Source of the DNA: a virus
Taxonomy: Duplodnaviria > Caudoviricetes
IMG/VR virus record: IMGVR_UViG_3300016263_000110
Coordinates: 1-40,669 of that record
DNA: 40,669 bases
Direction: 5' to 3' (one strand)
The notes beneath the pieces were generated by a model. The model saw only the letters and a program-made list of their open reading frames with translations. It did not search any database and was not told the DNA's origin. Of the stretch, positions 27,424-35,709 are shown piece after piece. Within the stretch, counting starts at the first letter, position 1; every line of letters begins with the position of its first letter. Made by a program: the position numbers and the translations under genes.

Positions 27424-29298
27424 CTAAAAGTAACTGTCAGCAGTTTGTGCTGCTGCTAATTGGTCTAAATTCACAACACCACGCTGTCTCATACCAGCCT
27501 TAGTTGCATACTTGTTATATGAATGAGATTGTGCAAACCCCATTTGTTGAATTAACTCTTTAACTCTAATCTCACAAAACCACAACGCCATCACACAATC
27601 AGTAGGTTGGGCTTTCTTCATGTTAGGAGCCCAAGTAATCAACTGATTAATTAAAGCCTTAACATGTTCATTACCCTCAGAAGAAGGCAATTCAATTAAA
27701 TTATCATCTTGATGTTTACCATCACGTTCTGTACCAAAAAGGTCAGACATAGATGCCACACCAAAATCAACATCCCACTTATTCTTACCAGTGAAATGGG
27801 AACGAAGTTGAATACCTCGACTAGCCATCCACTGATTCAATTCCTCATCAAGAGCATACGCTTTCTGGTGAGCATTAATCTCAACACGTAACTCATTAGG
27901 AGAATACTTATTAACCCAATCCTCCATCAAAGCACGAATCTTTTGAGGATTAGGGTCTTCCATATTGTAAACATCTAACACATAACGTTTATGTGTCTGT
28001 CTATCAAAAGCCAAAATAACTGCAGCAGTCTTACCAGACATAGCAGGGTCAATACCCATGATGGTATAAAAATCAGATTTATTAGGATGACCAACAGCAC
28101 CAAACTTTAAAACACCAGACTTACGTGCACCATTAATAGAACCCTGAACACATAAAGGTTTAAAGATGGAATCTTCCATCACATCCTGCTGTTGATAAAC
28201 CAAAGCCCATGTAGTAGGTGTGACTTCTCCACGTCTACGGTACAGGGCTGGACCGTCCCACTTAGAATATAAACCATTCTCATCAGGTTGCTTACTGCCA
28301 GACTTCTGGTCAGTCTTAGCCCACAAAGTCTTCCAATCCTTAGGCTCATCAGCAAACTCTAAAACTGCTGGCATAGAAAAATAAGTAAAAGGAGAAACCC
28401 CATTAGACCAATGTTTAGGATTACGAATCTCACGATAAAGGTCAGTAGCAGCAAAACGAGTACCAACCACAAGAAGAACACCCTCATCATCAAGACGAGT
28501 AATAACTTCCTTCTGAATCCACTCCAGTTGCTTCTCCCACTCATGGGCATTAGCACCAGTCACACAGTCATCAAGAATAATCAGATTAGCACGAGCACCA
28601 TACACTTGACCACCAATACCAAGAGCCTGAACCGTAGGGTCCTTCTCAGTAGAATTACGAGACAACGTAATAGCGTTGGCTTTCCAAGAATCAGCATCCT
28701 CACGCCACCCACCAGGAGGGGCGTACGTTGCCTGCAACTTAGCCCACATAGGATGAGTTAAACGTTGCTTAATAGAATAAACAAACTCCTGAGCCTTAGT
28801 CAAAGTTTTAGAAATAACAATAATTCTAGTATTGTCAGGGTCCATACAAATCTTGTAAGTAGAATAATTAACAGTAATCGTAGTCGACTTAGCATGCTCA
28901 GGCGGAACATTAATCAACAACCTAGTAGGGTCAGCCTTCTCATAAACCATCGACGAATGAAGCCAAGAAGGCTCACGCCCCTCCAAAACATCAACCCAAT
29001 TCTGTTGATGCGGAAAAACCCTAACACCCAAAAACTGTTCAGAAAAAGAACTAAAATCTAAACTAAACTTATCCCCATCGACAACCCTAGAAGCACCCTG
29101 TTCCCGAGCCTCCTCAAGTTTACGAGCAAACACAGAATCACGATTAAGCCACTGCCGAAGAGTAACAGGTTGCCTATCAACCATCGACATAGCCTGATTA
29201 ACCCCAATACCAGAAGCCACATAATCAAGCACCATACGCTTAGCATCAGTAGTCTCAATAGACTTAACATTAGCCGATTTAGGCTGAAACTTCCCCAT
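27424..29298 (-). CDS. terL: Terminase large subunit with N-terminal HTH-like extension
   Basis: Walker A PPEHAKS, Walker B LIILDD, nuclease GIDPA and DCVMA motifs. ATG 29298 has a GGAAGG RBS. Confidence 0.9.
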   Translation of the reverse strand: MGKFQPKSANVKSIETTDAKRMVLDYVASGIGVNQAMSMVDRQPVTLRQWLNRDSVFARKLEEAREQGASRVVDGDKFSLDFSSFSEQFLGVRVFPHQQNWVDVLEGREPSWLHSSMVYEKADPTRLLINVPPEHAKSTTITVNYSTYKICMDPDNTRIIVISKTLTKAQEFVYSIKQRLTHPMWAKLQATYAPPGGWREDADSWKANAITLSRNSTEKDPTVQALGIGGQVYGARANLIILDDCVTGANAHEWEKQLEWIQKEVITRLDDEGVLLVVGTRFAATDLYREIRNPKHWSNGVSPFTYFSMPAVLEFADEPKDWKTLWAKTDQKSGSKQPDENGLYSKWDGPALYRRRGEVTPTTWALVYQQQDVMEDSIFKPLCVQGSINGARKSGVLKFGAVGHPNKSDFYTIMGIDPAMSGKTAAVILAFDRQTHKRYVLDVYNMEDPNPQKIRALMEDWVNKYSPNELRVEINAHQKAYALDEELNQWMASRGIQLRSHFTGKNKWDVDFGVASMSDLFGTERDGKHQDDNLIELPSSEGNEHVKALINQLITWAPNMKKAQPTDCVMALWFCEIRVKELIQQMGFAQSHSYNKYATKAGMRQRGVVNLDQLAAAQTADSYF

Positions 29299-29339
29299 CA
29301 ACAACCTTCCATCGTAACAACCTAATACTGGGTATCTGT

Positions 29340-29800
29340 AACAGTTAAACTGTACAGTTAAAACCCCCTTAAAGGGGTTTTAAACTACTGTACTGGAAGG
29401 GCATTAAAAATGCCCTTCACTATATACTAATCCGTCCAAAAAACAAAAGCGGACAAAAAAACACCAAAATGTTATAAAAAACCCACAATTGTTACCAAAC
29501 CGTAACCAAACTGTCTGTCACACAAATATAAAAACCGAGATACACACAGGTATCAATCTGTAATTTAATAACCCTGGGTTCATACTGTACCGTCACAAGT
29601 CCCACCCGACAGACCACAGTCTGCCAGTGTAACGGTGTGACATTGTTGGTTTGTACTTTGTGTCTTCGTTGGTGTGCCGCCAAGAGTCTACCAGATGGCT
29701 AGCCTAAAATGAACTTGTCAAGCAACTTGTTCAGTCGCGTCGTCCCTAATGGACGCCGCGAGACTTCTCTGCATTGCTTCGACAAGGGCTAGCCCTCTGG
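29340..29800. other. Divergent control region with clustered inverted repeats (candidate origin, packaging site or genome terminus)
   Basis: Hairpins at 29352-29393, 29396-29418 and 29736-29760; palindrome AGGGCTAGCCCT at 29785-29796; abrupt AC-rich to GT-rich switch near 29625. Confidence 0.55.
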
Positions 29801-29832
29801 TTGTGTTTGTTGGCAGATGAAAGGAGGAAGGT

Positions 29833-30018
29833 ATGGATTACAGAAAGTTTGTTTTCTGTTATCAATGTGATGCACATGTTGAAGTAAAGTTTCAACCTGC
29901 TATTGAACATTATGTTCATACATGTCATTGCCCGCTTTGCAAAGGTCCTATGAGCATGTCTTGGCATGATTATGAAGATTATTGCAATACGGAAAATTGC
30001 CCCAATTCATTTTCATGA
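29833..30018 (+). CDS. Small Cys/His-rich early protein
   Basis: AAGGAGGAAGG RBS; CYQC, CHCPLC and CNTENC motifs. Confidence 0.7.
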   Translation: MDYRKFVFCYQCDAHVEVKFQPAIEHYVHTCHCPLCKGPMSMSWHDYEDYCNTENCPNSFS

Positions 30019-30033
30019 TAACCAAATTGGTTA

Positions 30034-30068
30034 TTGGTCACGCTGTCGTAAACGGTCAGCGTGACCAA
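30034..30068 (+). promoter_or_regulatory. 12-bp stem-loop upstream of an early gene
   Basis: TTGGTCACGCTG...CAGCGTGACCAA, preceded by the palindrome TAACCAA-A-TTGGTTA. Confidence 0.55.
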
Positions 30069-30093
30069 AGTATATATCAGGAGGAAAGTAAGT

Positions 30094-30474
30094 ATGTATA
30101 CAGTAAATAAGCAAGATGATAGATTACCATCGTTACCTGATGGTGTTGCAAAAGTAAGTTTCGGTGTTACCAGTAAAGGTGGTAAGAAACTTATTTTGGA
30201 TGTTCCTACTTGGTTGATGGGTTATACCAAGTCTGGTGCTCCTCGTCCTACTACCAGGAACAAAAGGTTACAAACAAGTGACTCTGAAATGGTTGCTAAG
30301 TTTGAACATATTATTGAGTCTGGTTGGTTTGAATTGGATTCTCAAGGTAATCATATTGTTAAGTTAGTTAACATTAGTTATTTTGATAATTCTTTCCAGA
30401 CTCAAGATAAGTCTTGGATTAGTTTTAGTCAACTTGTTTCTGCTGATATTGCTCCAGTTGACGGTCAACACTAA
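30094..30474 (+). CDS. Hypothetical early protein (beta-rich)
   Basis: AGGAGG RBS before ATG 30094. Confidence 0.7.
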   Translation: MYTVNKQDDRLPSLPDGVAKVSFGVTSKGGKKLILDVPTWLMGYTKSGAPRPTTRNKRLQTSDSEMVAKFEHIIESGWFELDSQGNHIVKLVNISYFDNSFQTQDKSWISFSQLVSADIAPVDGQH

Positions 30475-30794
30475 TGTTTCTTGACTTTGTTGTAGACATT
30501 GCCCACTCAGAACATTGTTTTGAGTGGGACAGATGTGATGACTGTTGGGAAGACCAGGTGGTCAAGAATATCTATCAACCTGAGCCAGTTGATGCTGAGA
30601 TGGTTGGTCGTGATTCTCTTCAAGATGACCCTTTATATGCAGGTTATTCTGTTGCTGATAGAAAGTTCCAAATGTTAGATATGTCAGAAAGTATTTCTGA
30701 TTTAGATGTTTGGAATTTCTACAAAACTCAGGTTGTTTGTAAAGTTTGTAATCTTTACTACAATTCTAGGTTAGGTTATTGTTACAATTGTTAG
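30474..30794 (+). CDS. Acidic Cys-rich hypothetical protein
   Basis: TAATG coupling; CDDC, CKVC and CYNC motifs. Confidence 0.7.
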   Translation: MFLDFVVDIAHSEHCFEWDRCDDCWEDQVVKNIYQPEPVDAEMVGRDSLQDDPLYAGYSVADRKFQMLDMSESISDLDVWNFYKTQVVCKVCNLYYNSRLGYCYNC

Positions 30795-30800
30795 GTGCTT

Positions 30801-30849
30801 GTGCTAGGCATGGCTTCGCGGTCATGCCTAGCACTTGTATATTTTTTTT
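30801..30849 (+). terminator. Intrinsic terminator-like hairpin
   Basis: GTGCTAGGCATGGC-TTCGCG-GTCATGCCTAGCAC then TTGTATATTTTTTTT. Confidence 0.65.
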
Positions 30850-30898
30850 ACGCAGGTGCTTTTGTTTGTACCTAGGATAACGACAAGTGGAGGTTTGT

Positions 30899-31144
30899 GT
30901 GGTTGATGATAGGAAGTTGGCGTGGGTTGGTTTGAATAATGCGTTGGCTCGTGTGAATAATGCGTTGTCTTCGTTGGGTGGTATTCCTAGTTTGGGGGAT
31001 GAGGATGGTTTGTTTCCTGATTCTTTGGATTCTTTTATTGGTCTTGTTGAGTTGGATTTGGTTCGTATCCGTGTTCAACTTGAGAATACTATTGGTAAAT
31101 TAGAGAAGGAGATTAAGGCAAATGATTTGTCTGTTTTGCAATGA
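30899..31144 (+). CDS. Hypothetical coiled-coil protein
   Basis: GGAGG RBS before GTG 30899. Confidence 0.6.
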   Translation: MVDDRKLAWVGLNNALARVNNALSSLGGIPSLGDEDGLFPDSLDSFIGLVELDLVRIRVQLENTIGKLEKEIKANDLSVLQ

Positions 31145-31319
31145 TAAGGGTACCGTTATATATACTTTATCTCCTGATGAGTGGCGTCGCGTTCCTTGCA
31201 ACATTTGCAATGCCCACTCCCATCACTGGTCTACTGATGAGTGGTATGGGGATTGGTTTTTTTGCACTGAGTGTGATTTGGTTCGCAATTCGCAAGACAA
31301 CACGGTTCAAATAGGTTAA
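31122..31319 (+). CDS. Small Zn-finger protein
   Basis: CLFC, CNIC and CTEC motifs. Confidence 0.6.
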   Translation: MICLFCNDKGTVIYTLSPDEWRRVPCNICNAHSHHWSTDEWYGDWFFCTECDLVRNSQDNTVQIG

Positions 31320-31328
31320 GGAGAATAT

Positions 31329-31589
31329 ATGAGTATGGATATTGAGTGGGATTATGACAAGTCTATTAATGTTCCTGTCCCTTTTGAGGGTACTAAGGAG
31401 CAGATTATGGCTAACTTTAAGTCTCATAATTTTACTTGGGGTGATGACGAGTTTGATGCTCGTTGTTCTGAGTGTGATTGTAGACCGTCTCATGCTGCGG
31501 CTCATTACCCTTGCGGCAATGAGCCTCCACGTAAGATGCGTTACATTAAGGATGGTGTGATAGTTATGGAGAGAAGGATAGATGAGTAA
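31329..31589 (+). CDS. Hypothetical protein (CxxC)
   Basis: AAGGAG RBS. Confidence 0.65.
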   Translation: MSMDIEWDYDKSINVPVPFEGTKEQIMANFKSHNFTWGDDEFDARCSECDCRPSHAAAHYPCGNEPPRKMRYIKDGVIVMERRIDE

Positions 31590-31821
31590 TACTATTGAGT
31601 TTAAATTACTGCCTCATGAGTTGAAGAATATTTCTTTCTACTTTATCTGTAATGTTATTGATAATGTTATGGCTAAGGCTGATGTTGATGGTGAATACAA
31701 GTGGGGTAAGGAGGATGCTTCTCATTTGATTGTGTCTTCTATTGATACTATTCGTGGCTTGGATGATGATGTGTGGTCTGCGTTGCGTGATAGTTTATTG
31801 GAAAGATATAAGGGAAGATAG
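31582..31821 (+). CDS. Hypothetical protein
   Basis: GAAGGA RBS; overlaps the upstream gene. Confidence 0.65.
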   Translation: MSNTIEFKLLPHELKNISFYFICNVIDNVMAKADVDGEYKWGKEDASHLIVSSIDTIRGLDDDVWSALRDSLLERYKGR

Positions 31822-31824
31822 ATA

Positions 31825-31983
31825 ATGATTACAGTAAAAGACATAATTAAATATAAAAAAGCCATAGATAAAGTGTGGTTACCTTTATTAAAAGATAGTC
31901 CTGACTCTAAAGAAACAAAAGTGTGGAGTGAGATGTTTGACTATTTTGATTATCTGCTAGTAACAGGTAGATATGATGACTAA
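31825..31983 (+). CDS. Hypothetical protein, 52 aa (MITVKDIIKY...RYDD)
   Basis: Hand-translated; AGGGAAG upstream. Confidence 0.55.
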   Translation: MITVKDIIKYKKAIDKVWLPLLKDSPDSKETKVWSEMFDYFDYLLVTGRYDD

Positions 31984-32006
31984 AAAGTTTCTGGTTAACG
32001 ATGTCC

Positions 32007-32040
32007 TTGACACTGACAAGTGAGCAAGAGCCTCTAAGTT
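32007..32040 (+). promoter_or_regulatory. Putative housekeeping-sigma promoter
   Basis: Tandem TTGACA/CTGACA; CTGACA-16 nt-TAAGTT. Confidence 0.45.
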
Positions 32041-32049
32041 AATCAGATT

Positions 32050-32237
32050 GTCTGGTCCTCAATGATAAAAGGGTAAGAGTGACGTAGTCGTGCCACCAGA
32101 TTGCTGATATCCAAGGTAGTCTTATTCCTGATACGTGCATTTGCACCATTCCTGGAATTTGTGAACCATAAGGTAGTCGAGTATACACCTGTTGACGAAT
32201 AGGTACACGCTCGTAAACCACACTGGCTATGTCAGCA
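32050..32237 (+). ncRNA. Candidate structured non-coding RNA, unknown class
   Basis: No credible ORF; two multi-stem domains; bracketed by a promoter-like sequence and a terminator. Confidence 0.5.
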
Positions 32238-32239
32238 CC

Positions 32240-32278
32240 GCCCTACCTAGTGTCGTGCTAGGTAGGGCTTTAACATTT
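32240..32278 (+). terminator. Intrinsic terminator-like hairpin
   Basis: GCCCTACCTAG-TGTCGTG-CTAGGTAGGGC-TTTAACATTT. Confidence 0.65.
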
Positions 32279-32291
32279 CTATGAAGGAGGA

Positions 32292-32747
32292 ATGATGAGT
32301 AAAGGTATTAGTGTCAAAGTATCAAGAGTAAAAGTTATTGATGCTTTGATGAGTAAGTTAGATGATATGGAATATCTACAAGCAAAGTATAAGACTGATG
32401 TCGAACAGTATGAAAAAGATAGAGATGAATGGAAAGATGCTGTTGCTCAGATTGCGTTTGCTAAGTTTGATATAACATCAGCAAATAAAAAAAGTGTTGT
32501 TGTTAGAAACTGGCATAATGATGATACTACAAGAGTAGAAGTTGAAGTTCATGTGGAAAACGACAAGTTGCCTGAAGAACCACAACGTCCAAAGAATCCG
32601 TTTGAATCACGTGGTCATGGACGTGACTACATCGGTGACTATGATGATAGGAAAGCAGACATTTTGAATGCTATTCGTATCTTACAGTTATCTGATGAAG
32701 ATACTGTTAACACTGCAACATATGCATCAGTAGCAAAGTACCTGTAA
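32292..32747 (+). CDS. Hypothetical protein
   Basis: AAGGAGG RBS; 151 aa. Confidence 0.75.
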   Translation: MMSKGISVKVSRVKVIDALMSKLDDMEYLQAKYKTDVEQYEKDRDEWKDAVAQIAFAKFDITSANKKSVVVRNWHNDDTTRVEVEVHVENDKLPEEPQRPKNPFESRGHGRDYIGDYDDRKADILNAIRILQLSDEDTVNTATYASVAKYL

Positions 32748-33016
32748 TGGGAAGCAACTTTGCAACTGAGTTATCTGATAGTAAATTAGATTTAGAAACT
32801 CAGATAGGAATACATTTAACTGGTAATCATTATCCACCAGTTCCAACAAGTATGATTAACCCATGCATTGCAGCAATCAATGTCTGCAATGCAGGGATGT
32901 TTTCTACTTTAATTGCTTTACCTGATGGTATAACTTGGAGAGGTAAACCTACTGCTCCAGCATCAGCCATCGTTGAAGCACATCATTTGGAAGCATGGTT
33001 AGAAGGAGAAGAATGA
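32747..33016 (+). CDS. Hypothetical protein (HL.GNHYPPVP...HHLEAW)
   Basis: TAATG coupling; His-rich motifs. Confidence 0.7.
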   Translation: MGSNFATELSDSKLDLETQIGIHLTGNHYPPVPTSMINPCIAAINVCNAGMFSTLIALPDGITWRGKPTAPASAIVEAHHLEAWLEGEE

Positions 33017-33435
33017 TAGATACAGAAAAAGCATTAGAGGATTACACTATAACTTGTGAAAGGTATATGATTACTGATGACAAGAAAAATACTAGAGATG
33101 CTTATCTTCAACATCTTATGGAATCATATGCTGCTGAAGATTACAACAAGTTAATTGATGTCATAGGTATAGAATATATTTCTTTACCTAGTGATAATCA
33201 AAAACACTTTGCAGAGTTAACAATAGAGGTTCTTGCCTCATTGTTATTCGCTAGCAAAGACTATGATGGGTTAAGAGAATTAGTTGAAGATAAACCTTTA
33301 ACTAGTTTGATTGGCTTATTGTTATCAAGTGCTGAATTATGTGAAGAAGAACCATCATATCATAGAGAGTTTATGGAATGCTTTGGTTATTCAACAGACA
33401 AAGCAATAGACAAGGAGGGATATATAAATGCATAA
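33013..33435 (+). CDS. Hypothetical acidic helical protein
   Basis: AAGGAG RBS before ATG 33013. Confidence 0.7.
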   Translation: MIDTEKALEDYTITCERYMITDDKKNTRDAYLQHLMESYAAEDYNKLIDVIGIEYISLPSDNQKHFAELTIEVLASLLFASKDYDGLRELVEDKPLTSLIGLLLSSAELCEEEPSYHREFMECFGYSTDKAIDKEGYINA

Positions 33436-34441
33436 TCTAGAACAAATAGATGGCAAGACTGCGTTCGTGGCATACCGTGAACCAGGCTGGCATGGACTAG
33501 GTGAAGTAGTTCAAGAAGAACTAACAGCAGCAGATGCAATCAAGAAAGCAATGCTTGATTGGACTGTTGAATTACATCCAGTTCAAACTGTTGTAATGAA
33601 ACCTAACGGTGTTGAAATCGTTGAGGTTGAAGACAAGTTTGCAACTGTACGTAAACATCCATTAAAAGATAAACATGATGCATTAGGTATTGTGGGTACA
33701 AGATACACACCGATACAAAATGTGGAAGTGTTTAACTTTCTTGATGCATTAGTTGATGCAGGTTCACAATATGAAACTGCTGGTTCCATTGATGGTGGTC
33801 GTAAAGTATTTATTACTATGCGTATGCCTAATGGAATCTTAGTTGGTGGTGAAGACAAGTCAGACATGTATGTGTTTGCTACTACATCACACGATGGTTC
33901 ATTTAGTTTATCTGTAGCATTAACTGCTGTTCGTGTAGTGTGTCAAAACACTTGGCGTATGGCACGTCGTGCATCAGAATACAAACACACCATTAGACAC
34001 ACTGCTAATAGCAATAAGACTATTGCTCAAGCACGTGATGTTATGCAACTGTCATTTGAATATGGTGGTTTCTTACAAGAACAAGCAGACAAGTTAACTA
34101 AATCAACAGTAACTAATAGTGATGTTGATAAGTTCTTATCTGATTTGTTTCCGATACCTGCTGATATTCAAAAGGTTATGGGACTAAGACCATTAGAAAA
34201 GAATGAACAAAAAGTTATCACCATGATTGAGAACAAACGTAATACAATCAGCGATTTGTATTACAATTCCCCAGGTCAGACAGTTCTTGACCACAATGCA
34301 TGGCGTTTATTCAATGCAGTAACTGAGTATTCAGATTACTTTTCTTCTGTTCGTGGTAACGATACTCGTCGTGCTGAACGTGTAGTTCTAGCCGATGGTG
34401 AAGTTATCAAAGACAGAGCATTGGATTTGTTATTGCAATGA
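33428..34441 (+). CDS. DUF932 / LGT_TIGR03299-family phage-plasmid protein
   Basis: REP.WH.LG, Y.P.QN, ETAG...GG..VF, SHDG, RVVCQNT, RHT and AW...NAVTEY motifs. Confidence 0.85.
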   Translation: MHNLEQIDGKTAFVAYREPGWHGLGEVVQEELTAADAIKKAMLDWTVELHPVQTVVMKPNGVEIVEVEDKFATVRKHPLKDKHDALGIVGTRYTPIQNVEVFNFLDALVDAGSQYETAGSIDGGRKVFITMRMPNGILVGGEDKSDMYVFATTSHDGSFSLSVALTAVRVVCQNTWRMARRASEYKHTIRHTANSNKTIAQARDVMQLSFEYGGFLQEQADKLTKSTVTNSDVDKFLSDLFPIPADIQKVMGLRPLEKNEQKVITMIENKRNTISDLYYNSPGQTVLDHNAWRLFNAVTEYSDYFSSVRGNDTRRAERVVLADGEVIKDRALDLLLQ

Positions 34442-34980
34442 TAGAAGAATGGTGCTTTGCATGTCATGGTGCAGGCTTTATTCAAGTAAGTAATGTAAAC
34501 ATCGTGTGCCCAACCTGTTGTGGTATGGGCACACTCTACAAAGGAGGACAACAAATGTCAGAAGATGGAACAGCAACGGTTACTTTTGGTAATGGACCGT
34601 TAGATGCAGTGCAAGAAGAACTAAATAGATATAAAGAAAAAATAAAACAACAAGAAGAAACAATAGACAGTAGAAGAAATGAACTTCGTAAGTTTCAAAC
34701 TCAAGTGTTTGAGTTTTTTGATTCGCACTTTGATGCTAGTGAAGAAGAAATAACTATTCATCGTGATGAAGTCAATGAATTATTGTCAGACATCGGTGCT
34801 CAAGAACTACAACGAGAGTTTGAAGGAACAGTTACTGTTACTTTCTCATTCACTGTTAAAGCACAAGATGAAGATGAAGCAAGAAGTATAGTTGAAGATG
34901 CAGTCAGTGGTTTGGAAAACCAAATCGATGCTGGCTCTGATGATTCATATTCACAAGATGACATCAGTGTTGACCTCTAG
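34438..34980 (+). CDS. Hypothetical acidic protein with N-terminal DnaJ-type CxxCxGxG finger; strong internal start at 34555
   Basis: CFACHGAG and CPTCCGMG; AAGGAGG RBS before in-frame ATG 34555. Confidence 0.65.
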   Translation: MIEEWCFACHGAGFIQVSNVNIVCPTCCGMGTLYKGGQQMSEDGTATVTFGNGPLDAVQEELNRYKEKIKQQEETIDSRRNELRKFQTQVFEFFDSHFDASEEEITIHRDEVNELLSDIGAQELQREFEGTVTVTFSFTVKAQDEDEARSIVEDAVSGLENQIDAGSDDSYSQDDISVDL

Positions 34981-35701
34981 TCTACCAAGACTGAGACGCA
35001 ACAACGACAGGAAGACAGCAACATTATCAACACCAGATGGTAAACGTCCACTGATTGCTAACGCATTCGGTTTACCATCTGGTAAACAATACTCTTGTCC
35101 TGGTGCGACATCAGTGTGTGAAAAGATTTGTTATGCAGGTAAGTTAGAAAAAATATTTAAAGGTACTAGAGAATTACTATTAGAAAATTGGAATAACCTT
35201 CAAGGTAAAACACAAGAACAAATAGTTAGTATGCTACAAGTTATGATGGATGATTTCAAATATGAGTCTAACAAGTACAATGCAGATAAACTATTTCGTA
35301 TTCATTGGGATGGTGATTTCTTTAGTGAAGACTACACATCTGCATGGAAACAAGTAATACTAAACAATACAGATATACAATTCTGGGTATACACTAGAGT
35401 TAGAAGTGCAGCAGTTATGTTGAATAATATTTCTAATTTAAGTTTATATTTTTCAGCAGACCAAGACAATTATGATGACGCCAAGTATCTTGCGGGAGAA
35501 GATGTGCGTCTTGCGTGGTTGTCCGATACTTTCGATGAGGCAAAACAATATCTACTTGAATTGACTGGTAGACCTGGTGCTAAATGTCCTGAACAGACAC
35601 GCCAGATTCCACTCATTTCAAATGACGGTGGTGCATGCTACACTTGTGGACTATGCACACAAAACAAAACGGATATTCGTTTCTCAATAAGCAAAACGTA
35701 A
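34958..35701 (+). CDS. Gene product 88 (gp88)-like, radical-SAM-related Fe-S protein
   Basis: FGLP....SCPGAT..C..ICYA, FRIHWDGDF, FWVYTR and a C-terminal CP...CxxCxxC. Start uncertain (34958 or 34970). Confidence 0.75.
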   Translation: MTSVLTSSLPRLRRNNDRKTATLSTPDGKRPLIANAFGLPSGKQYSCPGATSVCEKICYAGKLEKIFKGTRELLLENWNNLQGKTQEQIVSMLQVMMDDFKYESNKYNADKLFRIHWDGDFFSEDYTSAWKQVILNNTDIQFWVYTRVRSAAVMLNNISNLSLYFSADQDNYDDAKYLAGEDVRLAWLSDTFDEAKQYLLELTGRPGAKCPEQTRQIPLISNDGGACYTCGLCTQNKTDIRFSISKT

Positions 35702-35709
35702 ATGACACC

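Noticed and set aside
8983-28556. Many Leu/Val/Met-rich alternative-frame ORFs in the track
   Set aside because: They are artefacts of NNT codon bias in the true reading frames.
29492-29967. Minus-strand ORFs upstream of terL as a small terminase
   Set aside because: No RBS, atypical composition, and overlap with hairpins and a well-supported plus-strand gene.
32039-32221. 60-aa minus-strand ORF over the ncRNA candidate
   Set aside because: It is antisense to the whole arm, has no RBS and is of a length expected by chance.
32050-32237. tRNA, tmRNA, Y RNA or hammerhead identity for the structured RNA (CCACCA at 32093; AAGGTAGT recalls Y1 RNA; CTGATAC)
   Set aside because: There is no T-loop or cloverleaf, no Ro60 gene and no CUGANGA/GAAA core; the resemblances are short and likely chance.
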